Of a stretch of 64,000 nt of DNA, positions 39,346 through 52,917 are shown in pieces. The first letter of the stretch is position 1; each line of letters starts with the position of its first letter. Both the position numbers and the translations under genes were made by a program. Source of the stretch: Hypanus sabinus. Its lineage: Eukaryota. A model generated the notes under the pieces. That model was not told the DNA's origin, did not search any database, and worked only from the letters and a program-made list of their open reading frames with translations. Location of the stretch: positions 106,268,001 to 106,332,000 of the forward strand of contig NC_082718.1 of NCBI RefSeq assembly GCF_030144855.1. The letters run 5' to 3'.

Positions 39346-41189
39346 AAAGTTCTGGGATGCTGGGCAGGACCAACAGTAAATGCCATTTTGCTTCTAACCG
39401 ACTGTGAATAGCACGTGACACACTGTGTCCTCTTAGCTTCTCTAGCTGATGAATAAAGTTCTAAAAGGTCATGAGGCTCATCACATACACAACAATTCTT
39501 TTGACTGCAATATAGTCGTACAGAGAAATGGCCCTTCAGCCCACACGTCCATACTCACCTTCTTGACCACCCACACTAAACCAATTTGCCTACATCAGTT
39601 TGGTATGCTATACCGTGCCTACTCCAGTTATCTGTCGAACAATGCCAACATATCTGATTCCACTACTTTCTCTGGCAATGTGCCTAGATATCAGCCGCTG
39701 TGTCAAAATCTTCCCCACTCAAATCCCCTTTAACATTTCTTCCTCTCACCTTAAACTTGAACATTCTTCTTTTGATATTCCTCCAACGGAGGAAACAATT
39801 CTGACTGTTCCTAGTTCAGCACTCTAACAGGCCCTTCCAGCCCAACAAGCTGGCAATGCCCAATTACACCCAGAGGAAACCCACTTGGTCACAAGAGAAC
39901 GTCCTTACCGACAGCGATGGTATTTGTTATATTTCATAACTCTAGAGCCAATTAAAAGAAAAACGCGGGTGTAGGGATACATGTGTACTTGGTTTCTTTT
40001 CCTTAGTGAGGCACTCACATAAGACGTAGGCATTTCAAGTACTTTTACATATAACCCATAATGAGCTATGCAAACAAAGAATGCTCAACCAAACAATATA
40101 TTTACAATATTAATCAAATATTACTGAAATGTTAAATACACTACAGTACTGAACGTAGGTCACTGTAGTGTTATGCTAGCATGTTGCCTATAATTCTTTC
40201 TGCTCTGTATATGCATCTTATAAATTTATATACCTCTGTCAGCTCAGCTTTCAGCCTCCTCTGCATCACGGAAAACCAACTCAGCCTAACCAATCTCTCC
40301 CCATAACTGAAGTCCTCCAATTCGGCAAATATCCTGGTGAATCTCCTCTGTATTCTCTCCAGCATAGTTCAAAATTCCCCAGCATCTCTTTCAAAATCAA
40401 ACAACTTCAAGAATAAGCTCTTCTCGGGCTTCCAGCCAGGTACAGATATCAATTAGAACAGACACTTCAAAACGTCACTTATAATTGACATCTGTGCCTG
40501 GCTGGAAGCCCAAGAAGAGCTTATTCATCATATACCTGTATGCCGGGAAAGCACTAGATCCAAATTCAAGAGTATTTTCACAGTTCTCCACAACTCTAAC
40601 GAAAGACAATGCAAGAAGTCTATACCAAGATCACACTGCTTAAGAGCAGGCAGTTTCTCTCAGGATAAGGCATCTCTGTCAAGGTCTGTGTTCATCGGTC
40701 ATCCCAAACAGGCCCTGAGAAGCTGCTGGTAAGATGATTTCTCAGGAGAAATAGGAATAGACTACATAACCGCTTCAGCTTCTGCCTCCATTCAAGGTTG
40801 CTCAGATCTTGGTCGCCGCTCAGACCTAGGTTGCTGTTCCACTTGCCTATGACTCCCCAATATTCCAAAAATCTGTCTCAGTGTTGAATAAATTTTATGA
40901 TTCAGCTTCCTCAGCTCTTTCGGGTAGACAATTCAAAGATGCATAATCCTCTGTGGAAAGATTTCTCCTTAACACTCTCTTAAATGGATGAATCTAGAAT
41001 CTAGAACATACACTGTACCAATGCCACCATCCTGCAGATCATGAAAGAGTAACCGATTCTCTTTCCGCATATTCTGTTTGATCTGCTGAGTATCACCAAG
41101 AAGTCGCATCCTTATTCTAAAGCATTTGTGTCTATAGATTCACAAATGGATAACCACTTTACAATCATATATTAAGAGACAGCTGTTAC

Positions 41190-41350
41190 CGATCCTCCAG
41201 TACTGAATACATGGGCTCCACATCCTCAGTGTCGACAACATGCAGCTGGCTGGCAAATTGTATGGCACTTGCCAGTCTTCGCACACCCTCCTGATTCCGA
41301 AAATCTACAAGCGCCAGGCGCTCCAGGTGGTCGATCATCTCCATGGATAC
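41190..41350 (-). CDS. GATC: GATC coding exon 3
   Basis: [53 protein letters not shown](R); [10 protein letters not shown] is the animal GatC signature; donor CG|GTAACA. Confidence 0.93.
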
Positions 41351-41469
41351 CTATAGTTTTTCCAGGAAAAGATATGGAGCTCATTAGTGTAACGTCCCAA
41401 CCCCAAATTCAGCAGACTGTAGCACAGTGAGAACAGCCTGGACTGATGATCAAGAACCCCCACTATCTC

Positions 41470-41950
41470 CCACCAGTTAAAGTATGTATGCGTCACCATA
41501 AGCTCCTAGAGATGGATCAATGGGAAATTAAAGAACTACAATAGACTATATGAAAAAAACTATGCATTAATACTGACAACCAACCAATGTGCAAAATAAG
41601 TCAGTGTGTTAATAAAAAAAACACCAAGAACATGGGCTGTAAAGAGTCCCTGAAAGTGAGTCTAAAGGTTGTGGAATCAGTTCAGAGTTGAAGTGAGTGA
41701 GGTTATCCATGCAGGTTCAGAGCCTGATGGTTGTAGGGTAATAACTGTTCCTGGACCTGGTAGTGTGGGACTTGAGGCTTCTGTACCCCCTGCCCAATGG
41801 AGATTGCAGGAAGAGAGCATGGCCTGGATGATGGGGGTTCCTGATGATGGATTCTGCTTTCTTGAGGCAGTGCTCCTTGTAAATGTGCTCAGTGGTGGGT
41901 AGGGCTTCTCCCGTAATGGACTGAGCTGTATCCACCACTTTCTGTAGACA
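41470..41950 (-). mobile_element. L2/Rex-like LINE 3' fragment
   Basis: VDTAQSITG..LP..EHIY..HCLKKA.SII..PHHPGHALF. Confidence 0.75.
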
Positions 41951-42326
41951 TTACGAAGCACTTTAAACTCCGTATATCAAGCTAATGTGATGAGGACAGA
42001 GTGTCCCTGGACTAGGAGTTGTACAGTCAAGGCTAGGCTGACTGTACAGACCCAAGGCCAGGCCCACTGTACAGGCCCAAGGCCAGGCTACATGCACATG
42101 AATTTCAGGCAGAGATCGCTATGGTGCAATCAACAATGGACACACAGTTTACGAGCCAGCTCCCACATCCTCAAAAAGGGATCCGATCGCCACAATCCTA
42201 GCCCCACTACAGAAATGCAGCAATGGGATCAACCTAATAAAATACTTGTTCTCGCTGCCAATTCTGTAGCAGAGTCACAAATTACTGGCTCTCAGCTGCT
42301 TTCAGAATCCGCTGCAGCTTGCTTAC

Positions 42327-42377
42327 CTCCGGAGACTGGCTGGACTCAGTGGGCTTCCAGGTTGGACTCCCAGGCAC
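42327..42377 (-). CDS. GATC: GATC coding exon 2 (51 nt)
   Basis: cttcgtag|VPGSPTWKPTESSQSPE|GTAAGC; phase 0-0; resembles the KVP..PTW.P segment recalled from non-mammalian GatC. Confidence 0.78.
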
Positions 42378-43300
42378 CTACGAAGATTAAAAATAGTAAT
42401 AAATAACATAATACCAGCTGCAAGTGCTCATGGTGTTCAAAGTAAATTTATTATCAAAGTACATATATGTCACGACCTAGCAATCCATTTTCTTATAGAC
42501 ATTTACAGGAACAATTAGGAAATACAAGAAATTAAAAAAATCAAACAATGACTGACAAATACCCAAAGTGCAAAAAAACACAAACTGTGCAAATATTTTT
42601 TAAAAATATTAAGAACATGATAATCTCAAGAGATTCTGCAGATGACAGCAATTCAGAGTAACACACACAAAATGCTGAAGGAACTCAGCAGGTCGGGCAG
42701 CATTCCTCATCAGAATTGAGAACAAATGACTCACTAAACATTCCTCGCTACTTGTTAATGGACGGCCAAAGGAGCTTGTGCAAGGGGAGAACTCTGCCAT
42801 AGTCATTGAGAACGGAAGCAGGTCCCTTGGCTCACCATCAAGCAGAATCAGGTTTTATCACTGTTGGAAATCTGTTGTTTTGTGCCAGCAGTACAGTGCA
42901 AGGGAAATAAAATTACTTCCAGTTACAATTATTAACAAGTTATGCAAAAGGGAATAACAAGGTTGTGTTCTGGGGTTCATGGACTGTTCAGAAATGTGAA
43001 GGCAGAGAGAAAGAAGCTGTTCCTAAACTGCTGAGTTTGAGTCCTCAGGTTCCTGTACCTCTGCCCTGATGGGGGCAATGAGAAGAGGGCATGTCCAGGA
43101 TGGTGAAGGCCCTTCATGATAGAAGCGCCACCTTTTGAAGATGGAACTGACTTGAGTTTACAATCTGCAGCCTCCTGTGACCCTGTGCATCAAGTCTCCA
43201 TACCAGGCTGAAATGCAATCAGTCTCCACCATACATATACAGAAACTTGCTAGAGCCCGTTTTATAAAATCACCTCAAACTCCTAATATAGTATAGACTG

Positions 43301-43336
43301 AGTCCTGATGAAGGGTCTCGACCCGAAACGTTGACT
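43301..43336 (+). ncRNA. Minimal type-I hammerhead ribozyme motif, intact core
   Basis: AGTC-CTGATGA-A-GGGT(ctcg)ACCC-GAAA-CG-TT-GACT; perfect stem I and stem II. Confidence 0.72.
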
Positions 43337-43899
43337 GCTTCTTTCAACGGATGCTGCCCGACCTGCTGAGTTCATCCAGCTTTTTTGTACGTCTTGATCT
43401 GACCACAGCATCTGCAGTGTACTTTGTGTATAGTAGACACTGGCATACCTTCTTCATGATTTTAACAATGCGTTAGGTCCAGGACAGCTCCCCTAAGATG
43501 TTGACACCATGGATCTTGAAGTTTTCCATTGCTGACACTTCAAAGAGGACTGGTGTGAGTCCTCTCAACTTTCCCTTTCAGGAGTCCACAATCAATTGCT
43601 TGGTCTTGCTGAGGTTGCAGTTACTTAAACAAACACCAGCCGGCCCATGGACTTTCTGTGCATCAAGTGGTTGTCTGGATCCAGTAATAAGCAGGGAATG
43701 AAGTCCTAATGAAGTAAGGGAAATTGGCCTAGAGAATATGTTCAATCCTGCTAATTGACTAGTATTTTGTGGACGGGATGAAGCGTAACTCGGTGTAAAA
43801 TGGCGTGTGCACAAAAATTGTAAGTGACAATACAAACACCAAGTCTAGAGGTGGGTGGAAGTATAATGTTCTATTAGTGGTCCTACAGAAGGATCTGCT

Positions 43900-45130
43900 A
43901 TGGATACACCTACAGGGAAGTTGTGTTCTACAATCCTGGAGAACAGAAACATCCAACCAGATATGATAAACCCAAACATAGCTCCAATCTTGACACTGTC
44001 CCACAGTAATTATCTGTTCCAGCTTTGCCACCATATGTGGCAAGAATTTTAAAATCCCATATACCAAGTGAAAAACTGGGAAGAGGAGGGTATGGCAGAG
44101 GAATCTCAGAGACACCATAATCGTGACCATCTTCAAGAAAGTCTGATTATGGTGATTACAGAGGCTGTGACTGGAAGTCATTGCTGTGGTGCTCCCAGTG
44201 GCTGAAGAGCTGTTCCCCGTAGTGTAGAACTCATCTCTTCAAATGCAGAGTGGGAGCAGCTTGTCAACATGCGGACTTTTTCAAACTCCATCAGCCAGGA
44301 AGTGTGAGGCATCATCTTCACATCAGGCCGACTGCAGAAATGCATCTCGTTGTCCCACTGCATCTTTCAATCTTCCTTGCTGCAGTGCCCCATCTCCCGT
44401 CCAAGCCACCCACTGGACTGAAAATCATCTGAAGGACTAAGTTCACATCAGCATACAGCATGTTAGAGACACTCATTAACTAAATTTGAGAGGCATGGAA
44501 AACTTTGATGACGCCTTCAGTGTTTCAGTGCAGATTTCGCCCGCCTGAGGAAAGCACTATTTGAAGATTAAGACCTCAGCCCTTGGAGAAAAGTCATGGT
44601 CTACCAAGCAGCTGTGAACCCTGCCTTCCTATGTTCCTCAAATGACAGTGGATAGTAGGTACCTCAAGCCACTAGAAAGATAAAACCAGTGATATCTCCG
44701 CAACATTTTCCAAGCCTACTGGCAGGATAAGCAGCAACCAGAGTCCATCCCAGGCTAACAAACTCAGCATTGAGGCCCCAAGAAGCATTATGCAGCATAC
44801 TGTATGTTTAAAGTACCCAGTGATCAGACTTATGATCAACAGAATCCCTATACAGAGCCTCTACTCTGATGATGGGTTTCGTCTCAAAAACGGTGACAAT
44901 TCCTCTCTCCTGCCCCCACCACAGATGTTGCTCAACCTGCTGAGTTCCTCCAGTAGATAGTCTGTTCCTCTGGGTCCCAATGTCCATGTGAGGCTCCATT
45001 CCACCCTGAGCTGCCAGTGGGAAGAGATGATCAGGCAAAGGAGTGACAACAATATGCTCAAAGCCCCCATGAAAAAGATTACAACATCCTCACAGACTCT
45101 TGGGCATCTCTGGCTAATCACCACTTCAAG
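43900..45130 (+). mobile_element. RTE-like LINE fragments
   Basis: Decayed IW...G..R...IVTIFKK..D.G.YRG region and 3' region ..LY.. / LK..MK. Confidence 0.55.
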
Positions 45131-45379
45131 TGGCAAAGGACATGGGGGGTGGGGGGCATCCATTGAAGGTCGGAGTGTCCAGAAGGAGCACAGCACTGAA
45201 CCATCCACATCTCTTGTCCCACACACTGGCCTCATCAATCACCTCGGGGCGGAGGTAAAAGTCCTCCTCGATTTTCAGGGACTGCCTTGACGGTGGTAAA
45301 GCCAAAAAACAGCAACTGATACCAATGGCTGGCTGGCAGGTCACAGAGGAGAGAGGGGAGGGGATGAGGAGAGAGATGC

Positions 45380-45770
45380 GGGAGAACGGAGGCGGCAGGT
45401 TCCTCCCTCCCGGGACGAGGCCCCGTCCTCCAGCCAGCCCCCCTACCTTGCTCTGCCTCTGCCGAAGCACGAACGCCGCAGCCGCCTCCTTGGTGCCGGC
45501 CGGTCCCGTTCCTCCGGCGGCCCACACCCGGCCTGCAGCCCAAGGAATCGCCGCCCGGGCAGGCCGAAGCCATGCCGGTAGCAACACCCACCGACCGAGG
45601 CCCCACATCCCGGCTGCGATCAAGGGAAGGTCCGGCCCTGGCTCGAGGCCCCGCCCTTTGGGGAGGGAACAGCTCGGAGGCCGGGGCCTAAGGCGACCGA
45701 AGGCCGACCGGAGGCTGCAAGCACCGCGGGGAGTGACTCAGTGAACGGCAGACTGAACCGGTAACCCTCC
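45380..45770. promoter_or_regulatory. CpG island / GATC promoter
   Basis: GC/CpG-rich island over GATC exon 1; GC box (GCCCCGCCC near 45648) and TGACTCA near 45734. Confidence 0.75.
45447..45608 (-). CDS. GATC: GATC coding exon 1 (mitochondrial targeting peptide-like)
   Basis: gccgggATG start in a CpG island; Arg/Ala/Trp-rich, acid-poor MWGLGRWVLLPAWLRPARAA...RQRQSK; donor AAG|GTAGGG, phase 0. Confidence 0.8.
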
Positions 45771-45774
45771 CAGA

Positions 45775-46632
45775 CCCTCATTGAAAACCAGCAGAACGGA
45801 TCAATATCCCCACACACCCTCATCGAAAACCAGCAGAACAGATCAATATCCCCACACACCCTCATCGAAAACCAGCAGAACGGATCAATATCCCCACACA
45901 CCCTCATCGAAAACCAGCAGAACGGATCAATATCCCCACACACCCTCATCGAAAACCAGCAGAACGGATCAATATCCCCACACACCCTCATCGAAAACCA
46001 GCAGAACGGATCAATATCCCCACACACCCTCATCGAAAACCAGCAGAACGGATCAATATCCCCACACACCCTCATCGAAAACCAGCAGAACGGATCAATA
46101 TCCCCACACACCCTCATCGAAAACCAGCAGAACGGATCAATATCCCCACATACCCTCATCGAAAACCAGCAGAACGGATCAATATCCCCACACACCCTCA
46201 TCAAAAACCAGCAGAACGGATCAATATCCCCACACGCCCTCATCGAAAACCAGCAGAACGGATCAATATCCCCACACGCCCTCATCGAAAACCAGCAGAA
46301 CGGATCAATATCCCCACACGCCCTCATCGAAAACCAGCAGAACGGATCAATATCCCCACACGCCCTCATTGAAAACCAGCAGAATGGATCAATATCCCCA
46401 CACACCCTCATCGAAAACCAGCAGAACGGATCAATATCCCCACACGCCCTCATCGAAAACCAGCAGAACGGATCAATATCCCCACACGCCCTCATCGAAA
46501 ACCAGCAGAACGGATCAATATCCCCACACACCCTCATCGAAAACCAGCAGAACGGATCAATATCCCCACACACCCTCATCGAAAACCAGCAGAACGGATC
46601 AATATCCCCATACACCCTCAGCGAAAACCAGG
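45775..46632. repeat. 42-bp minisatellite, about 20 near-identical copies
   Basis: Unit CCCTCATCGAAAACCAGCAGAACGGATCAATATCCCCACACA repeated head to tail with no spacers. Confidence 0.98.
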
Positions 46633-49600
46633 GGACTGAGACAATAATTTCATAAAGCTTCATCCACAACCAGCAGACAGGATCAATAACTTGCAAACTG
46701 CACAAGTAACCCCACAGACCCTATACAATAACCAGAAGATCTAGATCAATTACCCCACATATTTAATCAAAATACCATGTCAAACTACTAACCCCATAGG
46801 ACCACAAACCCCTAATCCGTAACCAACAGGTGTGAATCATTGTTCTTCACCCTCAATAAACTAAATAGCTATCATCACAGACTGTAACTGAAAACCAGCA
46901 GGCATTGATAAATAGACCTAGATCAATTACCCCACAAATCCTAATCAATAAACCATGTTTGAATTAATAATTCCACAAATCTGATTTCCAATCAATAGAC
47001 ATATTCTAATCAATTGCCCATATGCCTTAATATATGTGTTCTCAGTATGATGAATAAACATACTGATGTGGCAAAGAATTCTTTCAGAATGAACCTACTG
47101 ATCTAAAACAAGACTCCTAGATAAAGTTGATTAATGTATTTTTCATGATGTCAGCCGAAACACGCTTACACTTACATTTTTGTTGTAGTCTTTCCTGTCA
47201 AATTCACTGGGACTGTTGACTCTGTTCTTCCTAACCTGGTGCCCTATACAGTTGAGTGAATGTGGCCACTCAGTGGACTGAGTGTGGTGGTGGAGGCACG
47301 TAGAAGCTATTTCAAGTAAATAATAAACTGAATCCAGTTCCAATTTCCAAAATGTGTTTAATTCTCATTTGCCATATTTCAGCTGCACTTCAACTTATGA
47401 GAGGAATCCATTCCTGGAAAAATGTTTTGTTAAAGAAAATTTCATAAATTCTAAAAGCTGGGTGTGATACATTTTGATGCACATTCCCACATGCAAAGAG
47501 TAACCTTCCATTTGTTACCACAAAGAATAGTTTTGTAAATCAAAACCTCAAAGATTTTGTAGGTTCATGATTCCAACATTTGTAAATCAATAAAATACTG
47601 CACTGATCCTCTGCAATAATGCATTGGTTCTTGTGTATTTGTCATGTATAGGATGACTCAAGGCTTTTTCTCCCCCCTAGACCCGAAATGCAGTTGAGGA
47701 ATCCTTTCTGAGAAATTGCAGTAGTCCTTCTAACGAAAATACATCAACAATGTAGTCAGGTAGGAAATTCTGTGATTTAGACTCATTGATGTGAAAGGTA
47801 AGTGTAATCAGGATTATGTGTTTTCCTGGAAAGGGGATTTGGAGCTGGTGTCTTTCCAGTCTGTTTGACAGATCTGGTTTCTTCATTGCAAGAATATGTA
47901 GGGTTGGCTCTGTCTCTCTCGTGCACAGAGAGGAACAAGCGATGGGTAAAGTGAGGGGGACGCAGTGAGCACAGGGAACTGCTACAAAGAAGACGTGTGG
48001 AGACAAAGACAAACATGCATGTAGGAGAGAGCGATCGAGTCATGGAAAGTAAAGTAGGACACGGGGTGGGGGGAAGAGAGGGAAAAAAAGCAAAAGTAAA
48101 ATAAGAAAATATAAACAGGAAGCAAATCCCAGAAGATATTTGGAAAAGAAATAGAATGGGAGACTAAATAAGAGTGGGGGGTGGGTGGTGGTTAATGGTG
48201 GTTGAGAAAGAGCAAGGAAGTAAAAAAGTGAGAAAGAAATTTAGAGCTAGACTAAAGCAAGAAAAACATCAGGGAAAGGGACCTGACAGTAGAAGGGTGA
48301 TAAAGAGGCAGAGGCACATGGGCAGTTTTTGAGGTAGCATGTGTGATGATGCCAGGCATTCAAGCACTCCTGATGCATTGAGTCATAGTTTTCAGTACCA
48401 TTCCAAATGAGTTTAATGAGTATCTTTCCTCTACAGCACTCCCAATATTCACATCAGACCGTGATGGGAAATGGGTAAGGCAAAGACAATGGAAGGATTC
48501 ATTAGGAGCCAATGAAAAACATCCAGAAACTAAACTGCATCCTGGGTTTGTACAGCGAACAAGTTCTAGATTTACAATACCATTTGTGTGAAAAGGTTAG
48601 TTCTAATTTTAACTCTGGTCCAGAAAAATCATTTCACTGTAAGTCCTCTCATTGTTTTAAGTACCTGTACTGTGTCGTACTTCAGTCTTCTAAAATCAAG
48701 ATTACAAGTCACATTTATGACTGTTCTATAATTTAAACCTTTAAGCCCAGTAACAATGTTGGTGAATTTACACTGTATCCATTCCAAGGCCAATGCCTGT
48801 AATGAAAGGTTCTATTCAGTTGACTTGGCACATCTTTTTAATTATCTTACACAGTGACGTGGTCAGATGACTATTGAGTAATGGTTGGCTGATTATGGCT
48901 CATTTCCATCCCTTCCTTCTAACCTCATATCTCTCCTGTTCCACAGGAGACCTACTAAAACCATTCTCGTTTACCCAGCTCTGATGAAAACTCACTGAAC
49001 AGAAACATTAACATTGTTTCTCTCTTCATAGGCCGTTGCATATTTTGATTTTGTATGAATGTTTTTGGATATTAAGAGCACTGTTTTCTATTAATTAGGC
49101 TTCAACTCCGTGAAGCTTCACTGTAGGAAACCCCACTAGTTTGAGAGTTCTGAGAATGTCGATCTCTAACATGTGTAACAGCTTGGAAAATTGTGGACTT
49201 CAGAAACATCGAAGGCAGCACTATGCTTACTACTCTGAATATCAACACCAGATGTATATATCCAGATCCCACTATTCTGTGAACTAATGAAGTTCAAGGT
49301 ATCTCTACCCCCTAACTATGATTTTCCCAATGCTTTCCAGCACCTCAGGACTTCTCACAAAGGTTGTGAACTAATGAAACATCCTTCCCCTTGAGCTCAC
49401 TCTGACTCCAGCGTTGCAATGTTCTCTGCAGTCCATTGCTACAATACATTCTGCCTTCGATGGGGCAAAGATACAAATGCGTTTGTTTATTTGGATTCTG
49501 TAACTGCCCAAGTTCTGTTCCTGAGGAAATCTAAAAGTAGCGTGCACTACTGAGTTTGCAGGTAAAAAGAAACACACGTTAAACTCAATTATGGTTTTGA

Positions 49601-49849
49601 AATTTGAACGCTCTATCTTCTTCATTCGTGTTTCCTAAAGGACTGGACCCTCAACAAGATCTGACTGATAATTGTTTGTGATTCATGTGTGATGTCACCT
49701 AGGTCTCTGTATTTCACCTGATGATTCTTGCTCTGAACCACAATCTAACAGATAACCTATTAGGATTCCACAGTCCAGACTCGTGAGGGAGTTACCAGAG
49801 GGTAAGCTACAAGCGTGCATCTGCACTCAGAGAGAGGAATAAAATAGAC

Positions 49850-50278
49850 ACGGTGCCCACTTCATTAGGTATCCCTGTGCACCAACTTGTTAGTGCAAAT
49901 ATTTAATCAGCCAACCATGTGATAGCAACTTAATGCATTAAACATGTGTTTGAGGTTCAGTTGAAACATCAGAATGAGAAGTGACCTTGACCATGGAATG
50001 ATTATTGGTGCCAGACTGAGTATCTCAGAAATTGCTGACCACACACTACATTCTGTAGACTTACAGAGAATAGCACAAAGGAAAAAAAGACATCAAGTGA
50101 GCAGCAAATCTGCGGGTGAAAATACCTTGTTAGTGTGGTCAGAGAGTGGCCAGACGGATTCAAGCTGACAGGAAGGCAATGGTAACTCAAGAGCACACTA
50201 AAACAGCATTTCTGAAACATACACACAGTGATAATTGTATTAGGTACGGGAAGTACTTAACAAAATGGCCACTGAGTG
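49850..50278 (+). mobile_element. Tc1-like non-autonomous remnant
   Basis: Decayed TIRs (..CCACTTcATTAGGTA / GTACtTAAcAAAATGGCCACTGAGTG); shares the GATTxTTGGTGCCAGA..GAGTATCTCAGAAA core with the copy at 51901. Confidence 0.7.
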
Positions 50279-50547
50279 AGTGGAGGAGATGGTTAGGAAA
50301 GCAGCACTTACTTTTGTAGCCTTATAGTTAGAGAGTGATACGATGCCTCAGTGTAGTTAGTGAGATCACTGATTACACTGGAGCACTACTGTTTTTGAAA
50401 GTGTTGCTGAGTCAGCTGTTAAAGCCAGGGAAGCAGTGATGCTGCTGAATTGGGGTGGACAGCATCAGGAAAATAATCCATGGAAAGGAGGACAAGCGGA
50501 GTCTGGTTATTGTGAATAGAACCAACAGACATTTCTTAATGGAAAAT

Positions 50548-50915
50548 TCAATAGACAATAGGTGCAGGAGTAGGCCATTCAGCCCTTCTAGCCAGCACTG
50601 CCATTCACTGTGATCATGGCTGATCATACACAATCAGTATCCCATTCCTGCCCTCTCCCCATATCCCTTGACCCCGCTATCTATAATAGCTCTAACTCTC
50701 TCTTGAATGCATCCAGAGATTTGGCCTCCACTGCCTTCTGGGGCAGAGCATTCCACATATCCACCACTCTCTGGGTGAAAAAGTTTTTCTGCATCTCTGT
50801 TCTAAATGGCCTACCCCTTATTCTTAAACTGTGGCCTCTAGTTCTGGACTCACCCATCAGTGGGAACATGCTTCCTGCCTCCAGTGTGTCCAATCCCTTA
50901 ATAATCTTATATGTT
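50548..50915 (-). mobile_element. Young CR1 3' end
   Basis: MFPLMGESRTRGHSLRIRGRPFRTEM.KNFFTQRVV.MWNALPQ; CAATAGA tail. Confidence 0.88.
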
Positions 50916-51660
50916 TCTCACAGAAATTGCTGAATCTCTGGAATTTTCCACTCAGAGGGTTGTGGGGGAAGATCATTGATGGTACAGAAGATCCTTTTTA
51001 AAAGGCCAAGGAACTGAGACAGAAAGGGAGATTGAACGTAGGGCTGATAGGGCAGGCTCGAGGGACTCCTGCTTGTATTTTCTTTGGTTCTTCTCCTGTC
51101 ACTGCCCACTGCAATCACCTCGCCCCCTAACCCCACTGAGACAGAGCAACTCAGAACAGCTACGGCACCAGGTCTGCACGACTCAACTGCTCAATGCTTG
51201 CTCAGCTCAGCCAACAGCAGTACAATAATGCCGCTGAGTGGAAGACAGCTGCATCTTAACATGGGTTTGTACAAGACCACACAGTTGTCAAATTAAAGAC
51301 GGCAACAAGACTTAAGGGAATATATTAAAATTTTGTGTGTCACAAAAAAATTACATAACTATTTGTTGCTCAGTGCAGAAATCGACTCATTACTGTAGCA
51401 TTCTTATTTTGTGGATCAGGGTCTCACAAGAACCAAAGTTACGCGCCACTTCAAAGTTATAAAAAGCGTACAAATTCACCAACTTCAAATCATGATCACT
51501 TTGTAAGTGATTCACAACTATAGTTCCAGAATTTAATTAACCAGCATTGTATTAACTCTGCTCCCTGTGTCCACTGTTGTGAGGTTCCCCACGCCGAGCT
51601 GTACAAATGGCTTGTAAAGTTCATACAGTAATGGAGGCGACAATCCCATGTCAGTGTTCA

Positions 51661-52215
<555 letters not shown>

Positions 52216-52299
52216 TCAGATCTGTGAGCAATGCTTCTTGGAGATGGGGGAAAGAATTCTGTTCCCCACAAGGGAGAGTAGAGCTAGGATTGACGGCTG

Positions 52300-52830
<531 letters not shown>

Positions 52831-52834
52831 GTGT

Positions 52835-52839
52835 AAAAA
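52835..52839 (-). terminator. Pol III terminator (T5) of tRNA-Lys
   Basis: TTTTT on the minus strand 5 nt after the tRNA 3' end. Confidence 0.85.
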
Positions 52840-52844
52840 GCAAT

Positions 52845-52917
52845 CGCCCGAACAGGGACTTGAACCCTGGACCCTCAGATTAAAAGTCTGATGCTCTACC
52901 GACTGAGCTATCCGGGC
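52845..52917 (-). tRNA. tRNA-Lys, anticodon TTT (tRNA-Lys3 type)
   Basis: Minus strand reads GCCCGGATAGCTCAGTCGGTAGAGCATCAGACTTTTAATCTGAGGGTCCAGGGTTCAAGTCCCTGTTCGGGCG; 73 nt, full cloverleaf, A and B boxes. Confidence 0.98.

Noticed and set aside
45775-46632. Regular repeat array resembling CRISPR
   Set aside because: Units are contiguous with no unique spacers, there are no cas genes, and the context is eukaryotic; it is a minisatellite
45620-46705. Long ORFs on both strands (361 aa and 288 aa)
   Set aside because: By-product of a 42-bp unit (multiple of 3) lacking stops; the minus ORF is out of frame with GATC and stops before its ATG
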